This document shows, piece by piece, positions 16,656 to 25,805 of a stretch of 64,000 nt of DNA. Both the position numbers and the translations under genes were made by a program. The notes beneath the pieces were generated by a model. The model had not been told where the DNA came from and ran no database searches. It saw only the letters and a program-made list of their open reading frames with translations. The stretch is from a virus (Duplodnaviria > Heunggongvirae > Uroviricota > Caudoviricetes). Location: positions 19,900 through 83,899 of the IMG/VR virus record IMGVR_UViG_3300011727_000001; one strand, 5' to 3'. The first letter of the stretch is position 1, and the number at the start of each line of letters is the position of its first letter.

Positions 16656-17447
16656 TTACGCCGCCAGCACCTCTTCGAGACGACGGGTCTGTGGACTGTC
16701 GATCAGTTCATAGACCGGTGCACGGAACGATCCGGAGTTCTTGACGATGCCCATAGTCTGAAGCGCAGTCATGGTAGAGGATGTCTGCGTAGACATGGTG
16801 CCTGGGTCAACTGTGTGCCGGATCAGAATGGCTTGCATCGCCTTGGACACTTTCACTTTGTCACACACCGCAGCTTTAGCCATCTCCCCTGTGAAGCTTT
16901 CACCTGCTTTGCGGAACGAGAACAAGGATTTGCACACCGCGATATTGACCTTGTTCGTCATTGTCCCGTCGCGCAGGGCCTTCACAATGTCCGCCAGCTT
17001 CTCCACGGCATAGACGTTGTAGCGTGAACCTTCGGATACTGAGCGGTTCACGAATTCAGGCTCGACCTGTGAGGCGATCAGAATTGCCGCTGCAGAAGGC
17101 ATGACCAGTTTCGCCCGTGATTTGTCGAGGTTCTTCTGGATGCGATCATTGTTTGGGTTCTTGGTGCGCTCATAGGCAGCGCGGTCATCAAAACCCTTGG
17201 CAACTTTGTTCGCCATCGCCAAGCGCTCCGCATCCGTGTAACCATCAGCCAATTGGGTGAGGGACTGTTCCGGATCGGTGCTTGTCGGGGCAGGGCCGGC
17301 CGAGACTTGGACTGTTTCCGGTGATTTCGCAGTATCTCCGGTGTCATCTTCAAGTGCCTGAAGCATTGCCAAGTCGTGATCTGTAAGTTCCGCCGCGTTA
17401 ACGGTTACAGGCGTTACTAATGCTTTATTGTTATTCTTGCGAGCCAT
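16656..17447 (-). CDS. Hypothetical protein (263 aa) embedded in the repeat-rich region
   Basis: The only long ORF between 16.2 and 18.7 kb. No motif recognised. Confidence 0.45.
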   Translation of the reverse strand: MARKNNNKALVTPVTVNAAELTDHDLAMLQALEDDTGDTAKSPETVQVSAGPAPTSTDPEQSLTQLADGYTDAERLAMANKVAKGFDDRAAYERTKNPNNDRIQKNLDKSRAKLVMPSAAAILIASQVEPEFVNRSVSEGSRYNVYAVEKLADIVKALRDGTMTNKVNIAVCKSLFSFRKAGESFTGEMAKAAVCDKVKVSKAMQAILIRHTVDPGTMSTQTSSTMTALQTMGIVKNSGSFRAPVYELIDSPQTRRLEEVLAA

Positions 17448-17559
17448 GATTTTTAACTTTCTCTCTTTTATTCGTAAGCGTTATTGCTTTCGATAATTAG
17501 AGAATAGAACGCTAATTCGTGGTTGTCGGCTGGTAAAACGAGGTTTGTTGCTATGGTTA

Positions 17560-18130
17560 TATTATGCGGAACGGCATCGCCGCGTGTGGAGCCGGAAGGT
17601 TCTTTGGTCAGGCCGTGGATTTCCATGGGCGCGCCGCGGCGTTTACGAGCCGGAGAATTCTTACCCTAGGAGGCGCGAAAAACCTCTTTACGAACCGGAG
17701 GATTTTAGCTGACCCTTAATTCGCGTCTCCATACTATGTATATAGTTATTTAAATAACTAATAAGTTACTTACTAAGTTTGGAAAAAAATTAAGGGTCAG
17801 CGTTTTCAAGGGAACTCTCCGGCTCGTATAAAACGTGGCGCGAAAGTTGGTGGGATGTTATATCCGCGGAGGTGCCGTGGTTGTTCCGAGGTCAGACCAT
17901 GGATGCGCCGCGGTGTTTCCTTGGTTGCTCCATGGGTGGATGGGGAAATTTGCTGGGAGATCCCGTTGAACCATGGCGCGGCCCACAATCCACCGCACTT
18001 ACTTCTCACCAACTTCTCACCAGCTTCTCTTTCATTTCCCACGCATATCTCCTTCACTTCTCATCAGCTCTATAACTCACCACACCTACGCAGCTATCTT
18101 CTCTATGGTGCATACGTCTCTACGCCATGG
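17560..18130. repeat. Complex repeat region: direct repeats of TTTACGARCCGGAGRATT (two copies plus one inverted), of CATGG(G)CGCCGCGGYGTTT (two copies), further CCATGG copies, CTTCTCACCA repeated twice, and a ~140-nt pyrimidine-rich tract (17990-18130)
   Basis: All repeats read directly. Candidate origin or regulatory region. Confidence 0.45.
17705..17802 (-). promoter_or_regulatory. Promoter-like motif (CTAATAAGTTACTTACTAAG) plus palindrome TAGTTATTTAAATAACTA, inside a 14-bp inverted repeat (GCTGACCCTTAATT / AATTAAGGGTCAGC)
   Basis: Read directly. Confidence 0.4.
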
Positions 18131-18570
18131 CTCTCTTGCGCTACTGGTCTGTTAGTGTCTTCTATCGCCGGATCGTCATTTAGCTTATTCCGTAAATAGC
18201 TATTTATTGACGTCATAACCCTTATCAGGCCAGTGTTGTGCGTGATCTATGATTATATGATCGCTAATTCGCTCAGATTTGCTCACCTGATAGCGTTTAT
18301 ATGTATTTGCTTATCAGTAATCATCTGGAGAGTGTTTGCGCTCTGGTGAGCTTCTATGCGCTTTTCTATATTCAGCTGATTAGCCTTATAGCGGTTTACA
18401 TATTTCGCTTTTTAGCGATATGGCGGTTTTCATGTAAACTTGCTGCTAACTTAGCGCTAAGGAGTTTCTTATTTGCCATAAGAAGGTCTATATCAATTAG
18501 AACTGTCATTCCGGAACCGTAACGATATCGTTCCATGGGATCGGGCGACCGTGGCTTGACATAATGTAAA

Positions 18571-18606
18571 GGAAAAGCCGAGACGCTTTCAGGAACGTCC
18601 CGGCTT
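18571..18606 (-). terminator. Rho-independent terminator on the minus strand (11-bp stem with one mismatch, U-run on the minus strand)
   Basis: GGAAAAGCCGAGACG...CGTCCCGGCTT. Confidence 0.45.
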
Positions 18607-18721
18607 AGGTTGACGAAGGATAGTGTTTAAGAGCGCTACCTCTTCGTCATTATCGGTGTTGTTCCACTACGCCGAAGAGCAAGGCATAGTTTGCACGACC
18701 GCCGACTGCGCGCTTAACTGA

Positions 18722-19102
18722 TTAGATCGTGGTGAGCAGCATTACCTCTGTGATGCCTTTGACAGCATGTTCCAGCGATTTCGCTTGCAGCTGTAGATTA
18801 AGCGACCGTTTTGATCCGTCACTCAGACATGACAGATTATGAGCGTCCGGCTCATATGCGATATCCACGACGTAGATCTCTTCCGGTTCGTTATCGAATT
18901 CCATACGCAGAATTTCGACGAGCACGCCTTGGTTGATCAGAAAGCTTCCGGATTCTGTGAGCGCGTCGTATTCCTTTAGCGTTAAGTGCGCCGGAAGTGG
19001 CTCGAAGCGATTGATTAGAGCGCTGTAAATTACAGTGTGATGATGCTCCAGCTGCGCGCGATCCGGACGCGTTTGAATGAAGTCCTTGGCTAATACAGTC
19101 AT
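18722..19102 (-). CDS. Hypothetical protein
   Basis: 126 aa. Confidence 0.35.
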   Translation of the reverse strand: MTVLAKDFIQTRPDRAQLEHHHTVIYSALINRFEPLPAHLTLKEYDALTESGSFLINQGVLVEILRMEFDNEPEEIYVVDIAYEPDAHNLSCLSDGSKRSLNLQLQAKSLEHAVKGITEVMLLTTI

Positions 19103-19330
19103 TGCGCTTTCCCCTCAGCCTTGCATGTATTCGTTGATTGAATCCACAGCAGCGTCGATTGCTTCGCGACGTGTCATAGTTCCGGCGCCAAAACGCTCGT
19201 TCATTTCACGATAGACACTACGCGCAACTGATAAGATCCATGCTTTGCTCATTGTTCTTCTCTGCTCTGTTTGTTTCGATAATTAGTTATCGCATGAGCA
19301 GAGAAGGGGATCGGTTGGATTGTTTAGGTA

Positions 19331-19498
19331 TTAGTCTTCCGACTGTTGCTCCTGCTTGAGGCGATCGGTTAAATCGCAAAGAGAGTTTTCTTCCTCTTCG
19401 GTAAGATTCCATTCACCGGCGCCGATCTGCATCTGAAACTCCGTTGACAAAATAGCCTTTCGGAGAGCCGCCTTTTCTGCCTCATTAAGATTGTTCAT
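19331..19498 (-). CDS. Small acidic hypothetical protein (~55 aa)
   Basis: MNNLNEAEKAALRK.... RBS AAGGAA. Below the ORF-track cutoff. Confidence 0.3.
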   Translation of the reverse strand: MNNLNEAEKAALRKAILSTEFQMQIGAGEWNLTEEEENSLCDLTDRLKQEQQSED

Positions 19499-19504
19499 TT
19501 GTAA

Positions 19505-19545
19505 TTCCTTCTATTTATTTAGCTAAATAGCTTATTAGTTAATTA
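19505..19545 (-). promoter_or_regulatory. Second-class intergenic motif TTTAGCTAAATAGCTTATTAGTTAATTAGC
   Basis: GCTAAATAGC family. Related copies at 12669-12708, 14455-14492, 16262-16312, 18176-18215 and 20600-20640. Confidence 0.4.
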
Positions 19546-19603
19546 GCCCTCATCATCAAATAGACGCCGAGGATCATGAGCGCTACACCGACCCATGTCA
19601 TGG

Positions 19604-19861
19604 TCAGCTCACGGCGCGCTCGTTCATCATCTGACGGGTTTCAAACATCGGATGCTTAAGTTTGGGCTCGAAGTCCCGTCTCCATTCGCGATAGTTCACC
19701 GGATCGAATTCGATTTGCTTCCTGCAACTGGCGCAATACCAACTGTGTGATCCGTGGTTCCACCACTCTGCCGGGGCGGTCTGACAAAGTGTTCTGTTGC
19801 AGCTGCCGCCTTCCTTGCCCTTGTCAGGCTTATCCGGCCCCTTATAATCACCGTATGCCAT
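19604..19861 (-). CDS. Small Cys-rich (zinc-binding?) protein
   Basis: 85 aa with CNRTLC and CASC pairs. Confidence 0.35.
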   Translation of the reverse strand: MAYGDYKGPDKPDKGKEGGSCNRTLCQTAPAEWWNHGSHSWYCASCRKQIEFDPVNYREWRRDFEPKLKHPMFETRQMMNERAVS

Positions 19862-20112
19862 TATTCGTTCTCCGGAGTGAAAATCGGACTTTCAGTAAAA
19901 TTGGCATCCTGTTCCGCGATACCTGTCGGATCAAAGATGTCACAGAACAAACCAATGGCGTCTTGCACAAATTGAGGCGCTTTCTCCAGGTCGTGAGCCT
20001 GAACGAACCAATCTGTGAAGGCTTTAATTTGCGCAACATCCTCTTTTCCGATTAAGTCACGCACGGCTTTGTAGTGGTCGATCGTCGCCTGGGTTTCTGC
20101 CGATATAGCCAT
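19861..20112 (-). CDS. Hypothetical protein
   Basis: 83 aa, acidic. Confidence 0.35.
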   Translation of the reverse strand: MAISAETQATIDHYKAVRDLIGKEDVAQIKAFTDWFVQAHDLEKAPQFVQDAIGLFCDIFDPTGIAEQDANFTESPIFTPENE

Positions 20113-20117
20113 TTCAC

Positions 20118-20594
20118 TTACTCCGTCGCATTGTTTCGATAATCATTTATAGCATACGAGTTTGAGGCAGTCGGTTGGTTTGCTAAGGCGCCAGCGAGGA
20201 AAATGAAGAGCAATACGACTAGACTGATGATTGAAAGAGGCGAGCTTTCTGACTGCGGCTTACCGTGGCTCTGTTCGCTGCGAGGATCTTCGTCGTAGCT
20301 AATGCCACGTTCATGGAGAACATCATTGACGGCACATCCGGCGCGATAGTGAAGCTGTATTAATTCGATACATGGCGCACCCCAGCCCGTTGGTCGAACC
20401 AAATGAGCCGTCGTGTGCAGGATTTCGCGGAGATCAAGAAAATCGTTAGTCGTCAGTAACGACCCTTGACCGTATTGATGTCGGCGAATTTTGTCATGCA
20501 TGGCGTGATAGGCGCTATTGGAAGACAATTCGCAAATAGCAAAGATGCCATCGGCAATCTCTTTCATCTGCTCATTATTGGGTTGCCGAAACAT
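20118..20594 (-). CDS. Hypothetical protein with a C-terminal TM segment
   Basis: 158 aa. LSIISLVVLLFIFLAGALA near the C-terminus. Confidence 0.35.
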   Translation of the reverse strand: MFRQPNNEQMKEIADGIFAICELSSNSAYHAMHDKIRRHQYGQGSLLTTNDFLDLREILHTTAHLVRPTGWGAPCIELIQLHYRAGCAVNDVLHERGISYDEDPRSEQSHGKPQSESSPLSIISLVVLLFIFLAGALANQPTASNSYAINDYRNNATE

Positions 20595-20599
20595 AGCTT

Positions 20600-20640
20600 T
20601 CCTTTGTCGCTAAATAGCCTATTAGCTAAATACCTATTTC
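20600..20640 (-). promoter_or_regulatory. Second-class motif GCTAAATAGCCTATTAGCTAAATACC
   Basis: Two tandem half-sites immediately upstream of the 20594 start. Confidence 0.4.
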
Positions 20641-20951
20641 AGTTTTGGAATATGCCAGATTTGGTTATTCGCAAGGCCATAAACCTGCCCTTCAAAGGTG
20701 CGCGCAATTTTTAGAGCGAACGCTTTGAGCTTCTCGTGCGGAAATCCCGAAGAGAAGATTGACGGCAGTTTGGTTTCGGTTTGCTCTTCGTAAACCTGTT
20801 GGAGACGATTGATATAGTCTTGAAACGGCTTATCTGGATTGTTGGGGTAGGTCATATAATCCCAGCGACATTGATCAGCCGCGTGACTTCGATTTGTCGC
20901 CGCGTAATGGTGATAATATTCGAGGCGCAACTCTTTAAAGGTCGTGATCAT
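20634..20951 (-). CDS. Hypothetical protein
   Basis: 105 aa. Confidence 0.35.
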   Translation of the reverse strand: MITTFKELRLEYYHHYAATNRSHAADQCRWDYMTYPNNPDKPFQDYINRLQQVYEEQTETKLPSIFSSGFPHEKLKAFALKIARTFEGQVYGLANNQIWHIPKLK

Positions 20952-21421
20952 GGTCGGCTCACGTCGTAGCGAGGATCGACATCCTTATCGCCGGGGTATT
21001 TCCCGCTTTTGTCACAGATCATGACCTGAAGGACGTCATAGTTCTCGCGATTAAGGAATTGACCGCACTGGACGGTGTAGTGCTCTTTTGCGCGAGCGCC
21101 GCACTTCCGGATCTTGAAAGGGAAAGACCAGTCGAGGTCGAGAAAGCCTTCCTCTGGAGCCTTCTCGCTTTTCCGCATATGTTCGCCAACGACGTTGAGG
21201 ATCATGCAGCCGATATCGAGCGGTATATTACCGACGATGAGGAGCTCCGGGAGTCCTCGGAGCGCGTTCCCGATCGTGTAAAGATAACCTTCATCATCAG
21301 GACTGATCGGGAAGATTCCGAATACGTGCTGTCCCACTCGGTCGATATTGCTTTGAATTTGCTGTTGGAACATCGTCTGTCCTTTCGTGTTTCTTGTTTT
21401 CACAATCGCACGATGCAGCAA
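20948..21421 (-). CDS. Hypothetical protein
   Basis: 157 aa. Confidence 0.35.
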   Translation of the reverse strand: MLHRAIVKTRNTKGQTMFQQQIQSNIDRVGQHVFGIFPISPDDEGYLYTIGNALRGLPELLIVGNIPLDIGCMILNVVGEHMRKSEKAPEEGFLDLDWSFPFKIRKCGARAKEHYTVQCGQFLNRENYDVLQVMICDKSGKYPGDKDVDPRYDVSRP

Positions 21422-21890
21422 GGATATCGGCTGGGATTTCGAGGCGTTTGGAGGTATCTTTCTCCATTATAGCAAGCTCTACGTCGCATTGGCGCGCTCG
21501 GGACGCGCCGAGGGCTCGTATTCTGATCAGAGTATGATTATTTTACCGTGGAGTCGAGAAGCTCGAATTGCGAGGTTGAAGTCGGGGAAAATCTCGCTAT
21601 ATTATGAAGGTGGAGAGCAGGCGCGAACCTGCTCCCCGACTAGCTAGAAAATCAGTTTGACCCGGACATCGAGTGACCAGCTCGTCCGGGTCTTTCTAAT
21701 TTTAAAGCTGACGTGTAAGGGTATTAACCACATGACGTCACCTCCATTTGAGAGCAAGGCTGTTGCCACAGCCGGGGAGCCTTATCTCCACGGTTGCGCC
21801 GGCTGGTGCGGCGCTGCTGCTTCGCTCTCAAATCTGATCTGATTATTTAAACAGACATTGATTTTAAAACAATGAATGGATTGAAATAAT

Positions 21891-22130
21891 TTATCTTCCA
21901 CCCTCGGTGAGGTGTTCAAGCGTGTTCATAAACACAGCCGCTTCATGCATTGGGTCGTCGGCTTGGCCAATCTGATCTACTTCTTCAACGTCGATCCTAA
22001 ATACCTGATCGCGTAGGCGCAGATAGATATGTCCATTGCTTGAAAAGCCAACTGAGGAATACTGATCTAGCATTCCCTGCGCGATGATGACATTGACGAT
22101 CTGGTTGCGGAGCTCGTTTCTGCTGGTCAT
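21891..22130 (-). CDS. Hypothetical protein
   Basis: 79 aa. Confidence 0.3.
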   Translation of the reverse strand: MTSRNELRNQIVNVIIAQGMLDQYSSVGFSSNGHIYLRLRDQVFRIDVEEVDQIGQADDPMHEAAVFMNTLEHLTEGGR

Positions 22131-22200
22131 GATATCTCCTTTGCGAGTAAAGCGATATCATTGCCATATTTTGCGGACTAAAGAAGCACCAAGAATGGGG

Positions 22201-22494
22201 CTAAAATCGTCCGTAATTAGGATTTGAACGCATCAGCGCCTGTTCGGCGGATTTTTCCTCCAAATATTGTTGAGTTTTCAACTTTTGGGCCATTTTCTCC
22301 GCTCTTTCTTGTTTTCTGATAGCCCTTTCTCGATCTGCAATAATTTGCTGAACGGTGGTAGCGCTCGGCGGGGAGGCGGGCATTACGCAATCACACTGGA
22401 TAAGAAATCGCTGACCTACAAAAGAAGTCCACCAACTGCCTGGATCGCCGGTTCCGCCGCACTTTTTACACAAAGGGTCAAATTCGTCATTCAT
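22201..22494 (-). CDS. Small zinc-ribbon-like protein
   Basis: CKKCGG...CDC motifs. Confidence 0.35.
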   Translation of the reverse strand: MNDEFDPLCKKCGGTGDPGSWWTSFVGQRFLIQCDCVMPASPPSATTVQQIIADRERAIRKQERAEKMAQKLKTQQYLEEKSAEQALMRSNPNYGRF

Positions 22495-23186
22495 GCCGAG
22501 GTCTTCACGTTGAGGGCTGTATCAACTAACGCTGAAATTACAGAGGATGGAACCATTGAACCGACCGCGTTCTTATCAATCTCTTTTAGCGCCGCGATCA
22601 ACCTTTCATTCTCCGCATCCTTCACTGCAAGCATTCGCTCGTATTCCCGAATAGCGGGAAGACGATCTACTGGCAGATCAGGGCGCTGGCTCAAAACAGA
22701 ATTACGCTGCGCCATATTATCATGATTGGCTTTCCAGTGATTTCTGTCAGCTTCTGCGGCTTCGGCGCGGATAGTCGCCTCGATTTTTTCATCGATGACT
22801 TTATCCATAGCGCTTTCAGTGGCTTTTAATCGCTTGGTAAGGTGCGTAACAACCTTGGCGGCTTCGGAGTGAAGGACGTATTCGCCGTTAGGGGCTTGCG
22901 ACCAATCAGGTGCGCGAAATGTGGCGAAGTCGCCTATGTGTTCTGCACCCACGAAATCATACTGCACCAATCCCGCCAGCGGATCGGCGGAAGGCGTGGC
23001 GCGAATGGTCTTTGGTTCGAGCGCTTTCTTTTCTGCGCACGATTTACAAGACCACGCTCTCTTATCCCCGGTGAAGGAAGCTTTGCAGTGGCTGCACTTA
23101 CCGATATAGCCGCCGTCTGCATAGCCAAAGTTAGACAGGTCGTGCTTTAATTCATTTGTCATGCTGCTAAACTCCAAACGAGCCAC
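22491..23186 (-). CDS. Hypothetical protein with an N-terminal Cys4 zinc ribbon
   Basis: 231 aa. CSHCKAS...CKSC. Confidence 0.35.
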   Translation of the reverse strand: MARLEFSSMTNELKHDLSNFGYADGGYIGKCSHCKASFTGDKRAWSCKSCAEKKALEPKTIRATPSADPLAGLVQYDFVGAEHIGDFATFRAPDWSQAPNGEYVLHSEAAKVVTHLTKRLKATESAMDKVIDEKIEATIRAEAAEADRNHWKANHDNMAQRNSVLSQRPDLPVDRLPAIREYERMLAVKDAENERLIAALKEIDKNAVGSMVPSSVISALVDTALNVKTSA

Positions 23187-23362
23187 GCGATTAGTGCCGG
23201 AATGGTGGCGATAAAATACAAAAGCAGATTGCCTACGAGCCTTCCGGCTTCAGCATAGTCGCCGCCTGTCGATTTATCTTGTTTCAGGTATGCCCACAGA
23301 AATGCCAGTGCCGTGACTACCACCGGTGCGATCCACCAGCCAAATGAGATTTCAACTGTCAT
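23159..23362 (-). CDS. Small two-TM membrane protein
   Basis: 67 aa, two hydrophobic helices. Confidence 0.35.
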   Translation of the reverse strand: MTVEISFGWWIAPVVVTALAFLWAYLKQDKSTGGDYAEAGRLVGNLLLYFIATIPALIAWLVWSLAA

Positions 23363-23582
23363 TCTGCTGTCCTTTCAGAGCTTGCTCTATCATTGCCTTA
23401 TCTGCTTGGATTTTTGCGTGCCGCTCACGCTTTGAGGCGCAATGCTCGTCAGGAATGCAATGATTGCCGGTTAATCCGCAGCCGAAACCGGCCATCGACC
23501 ACGCTGTTGGTTTCGGAGATACGGAATACTGAACCGGACATGACGTGCCGAAACTTGGGTGATTAGGATTAATCATTCCCAT
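23352..23582 (-). CDS. Small Cys-rich hypothetical protein
   Basis: 76 aa. Confidence 0.3.
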   Translation of the reverse strand: MGMINPNHPSFGTSCPVQYSVSPKPTAWSMAGFGCGLTGNHCIPDEHCASKRERHAKIQADKAMIEQALKGQQNDS

Positions 23583-23799
23583 CTCCTTGCGCCAAGGTCG
23601 CGCGGCTCGCCGGTCGTTCTAATTTAAACCCATAAAACTCAAGCGCCCTTAAAACGTCACGCATCTGGCGGCGACAATTATTGCGATATTTTGAGGTTTG
23701 CTTCCCCCAGCTCAGCGTGTAATCGCAAGAGTGGTAGCTATGAATCCTTTGGGCTAAGCTATCAATTTGCTCTTGTGATAGGTCGAATGGCTCTTTCAT
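23569..23799 (-). CDS. Hypothetical protein
   Basis: 76 aa. Confidence 0.3.
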   Translation of the reverse strand: MKEPFDLSQEQIDSLAQRIHSYHSCDYTLSWGKQTSKYRNNCRRQMRDVLRALEFYGFKLERPASRATLAQGDGND

Positions 23800-24347
23800 T
23801 TGCCTGCCTCCTTGGCCGTGACTGCAGGGAAAAGAGCGCGGATGGCGGCAGCTCCATGCTTAAGCCCGCTTTCTTGTCCTTTTTCAAATGCCTTCCAATC
23901 TGCTAATCCAGCGCAGTCAGCGACGTGATAGGAAAGCACAGCATTCTCAACGACCTCGGCACACTCTTCACGCACCGCTACCAGATCAACAGGCTTGGTG
24001 ACTACGCAGGTGAGAATGCGGCGCTCAAAATCAGCTTGCGCGGCGGTTTCAGCCGCGATGTCATCTTGAAATTCAGAATGGTGATCCTCTTGATGGGGAA
24101 GATATAAACGCCAGACCCCATTTTCATTTTGGATCACATAATCACCGAATGCCGTTTTCGCCTCGCGATTAAGAGAGCGAGAACAGAAAATCCGCCAATT
24201 CAGTTTTGTTATCTCTACTGCGCAAGGCATAGAGAGATGGGGAATAATTGCGAGTAACGCCTTTTCCAACATAACTGCCGGGATGTTACCTTGCGTCGCG
24301 TCAAGCGCATCCTGCATAGCAATATCCGGTATTTGAATCGCCGTCAT
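23796..24347 (-). CDS. Hypothetical protein
   Basis: 183 aa. Confidence 0.35.
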   Translation of the reverse strand: MTAIQIPDIAMQDALDATQGNIPAVMLEKALLAIIPHLSMPCAVEITKLNWRIFCSRSLNREAKTAFGDYVIQNENGVWRLYLPHQEDHHSEFQDDIAAETAAQADFERRILTCVVTKPVDLVAVREECAEVVENAVLSYHVADCAGLADWKAFEKGQESGLKHGAAAIRALFPAVTAKEAGK

Positions 24348-24943
24348 ACCGCGACCCCTTTCGTATCCAAATCATAGAGATGGGTTTTGCAGATCGACAT
24401 CGCCTTGTTCCAGAGCGTCGTATCGGCGTCGAGTAGAGCGCGCTCCAGCAATTCCTTTTTCTCACGCAGATAAAGCGGGGCGAATTGCGGATCGTGCTGA
24501 ACGATGGTGGACGTGTTATCTATAAGGTCGGCGACCTTGACGGTCTGCACCCATGCCGGCGCCTGCTTGATACGCTCAAGGTTCAGCTCAAACCGGGCTT
24601 TGCGATTTCCCGCCGACAAATCCACATTGGTCAAAGCCTTTACACCTCTTCCAACCTGTGGCCCGAATACCTGTTCGATGTATTCCAGCGTGACTTTGGT
24701 ATCTTCTACCACATCATGCAGATATGCCGTGGCGACAGCTGTCCAGGGAATGTTCGGCACTTCTTCGACAAGGCGCGCGACAGCGGTTGGATGGACGATA
24801 TATGGCTCACCGGTATATTTGCGAGTTTGACCGACCGCCATATGTGCGACTGTGGCTAAAAACATCGCTTCACGGATAATGGATTGGCCAAGCATTCCGG
24901 CTCTTACCATAACTCTCTCCTGTTGAACCTGACCCAAGGTCAA
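24344..24943 (-). CDS. HD-domain small alarmone hydrolase, (p)ppGpp-hydrolase-like (SpoT/Mesh1 family)
   Basis: GEPYIVHPTAVARLV...AYLHDVVEDT matches the RelA/SpoT hydrolase motif GEPYI(T)HPL(A)VA...LLHDV(I)EDT. ~190 aa single domain. Confidence 0.65.
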   Translation of the reverse strand: MTLGQVQQERVMVRAGMLGQSIIREAMFLATVAHMAVGQTRKYTGEPYIVHPTAVARLVEEVPNIPWTAVATAYLHDVVEDTKVTLEYIEQVFGPQVGRGVKALTNVDLSAGNRKARFELNLERIKQAPAWVQTVKVADLIDNTSTIVQHDPQFAPLYLREKKELLERALLDADTTLWNKAMSICKTHLYDLDTKGVAV

Positions 24944-25588
24944 AACGCTCTAGCCGAATAGAGCTTCCTTGGGTTTTCGGGTATTGCTACTAAACCTGCT
25001 CATTCGTCAGGAGTTTGCGCACCGTCGGCGTAACTGAAACTGGCGTGTTTAACCGGAGTATCACCTCTCCGCAGTCGGCCCATTTGCGCGGTTGGTCTAC
25101 TGCTACGTCTTTCCACTTCGAGCTGATATGGCGCCATCTATGCCAATCCTATGGCGTCGAAACCCTCGCGGTATTCGATCAGCTTCTCGTTCGTCCATTC
25201 GGACAAATACAAAGTCGGATTCTACTGAGGGAGAGCCGATATCCCGGTGAAGTTTTCTTTAATGTCGTTATCACCCTGACCGCGTTTGCCGCTCGACACT
25301 TCTCCTGATTGATCAGATCAGGGGCTGAGACTTCAGCCAAAGAACTAATTAATTTCGTGCCGAGGTGAGGAGTTGAACCTCAAGTCTTTTCCTTCATGCG
25401 TCATGACTGCCCTCCAAAATCGACTTTCCTCTTTAAAGCCCACGCTTCTCAACTTGGCCCCATACCGCGAATACTGAACGGTCGAGTTAGGAACCCCGGC
25501 ATATGTGCGGATCTCTCTCCGCTTGTCACGATTTCACTCGTCGCCGGAGGCGCGACCTCCAGGTGCCTGCTTGGCTTACTGTGAAGCC

Positions 25589-25708
25589 TTATTTCACGAG
25601 CTTTTCATTCCGGAAGGGTTCGTAACCTCGTCCCCATGCGACGACATATGCAAAGGCGCCGAGGGTCAAAATCCCTGCAAGGGAGAGAAGAAAATAGGTT
25701 CCAAACAT
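25589..25708 (-). CDS. Small TM peptide (39 aa)
   Basis: MFGTYFLLSLAGILTLGAFAYVVAWGRGYEPF.... RBS GAGG. Promoter-like motif upstream. Confidence 0.3.
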   Translation of the reverse strand: MFGTYFLLSLAGILTLGAFAYVVAWGRGYEPFRNEKLVK

Positions 25709-25740
25709 TCACACCTCATTCGTTCGTTTACGAGAAATTA

Positions 25741-25772
25741 TTAACTCACTGCTTACTTATTGTTTATAGCAA
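25741..25772 (-). promoter_or_regulatory. Promoter-like motif
   Basis: TTAACTCACTGCTTACTTATTGTTTATAGCAA. Confidence 0.45.
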
Positions 25773-25805
25773 TGCGAACGGAGGGTTAAAATAGGTTTCT
25801 TTCAA

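Noticed and set aside
17980-18130. Short direct repeats (CTTCTCACCA) considered as a CRISPR-like array
   Set aside because: Only two or three irregular copies without spacer-repeat periodicity. No CRISPR array or cas genes found anywhere in the window.
17806-18199. ORFs (83-114 aa) in the pyrimidine-rich tract
   Set aside because: Ser/Pro/Leu/His-rich low-complexity translations of a compositionally biased tract. No RBS or promoter motif.
21480-21700. Hairpins (GGAGAGCAGG/CCTGCTCCCC and GACCCGGAC/GTCCGGGTC) in a 240-bp intergenic gap, considered as tRNA or sRNA
   Set aside because: Simple stem-loops without cloverleaf features. More likely a terminator or regulatory hairpin. No tRNA called.
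25355-25440. Possible tRNA on the minus strand, suggested by a good T-arm (TGAGG-TTCAACT-CCTCA, GGTTCAACTCC-like)
   Set aside because: No 5' acceptor strand (GCCGAGG or a wobble variant) could be found at cloverleaf or class-II distances, and no D or anticodon stems fit. Left as unexplained under the ORF-free-region finding.
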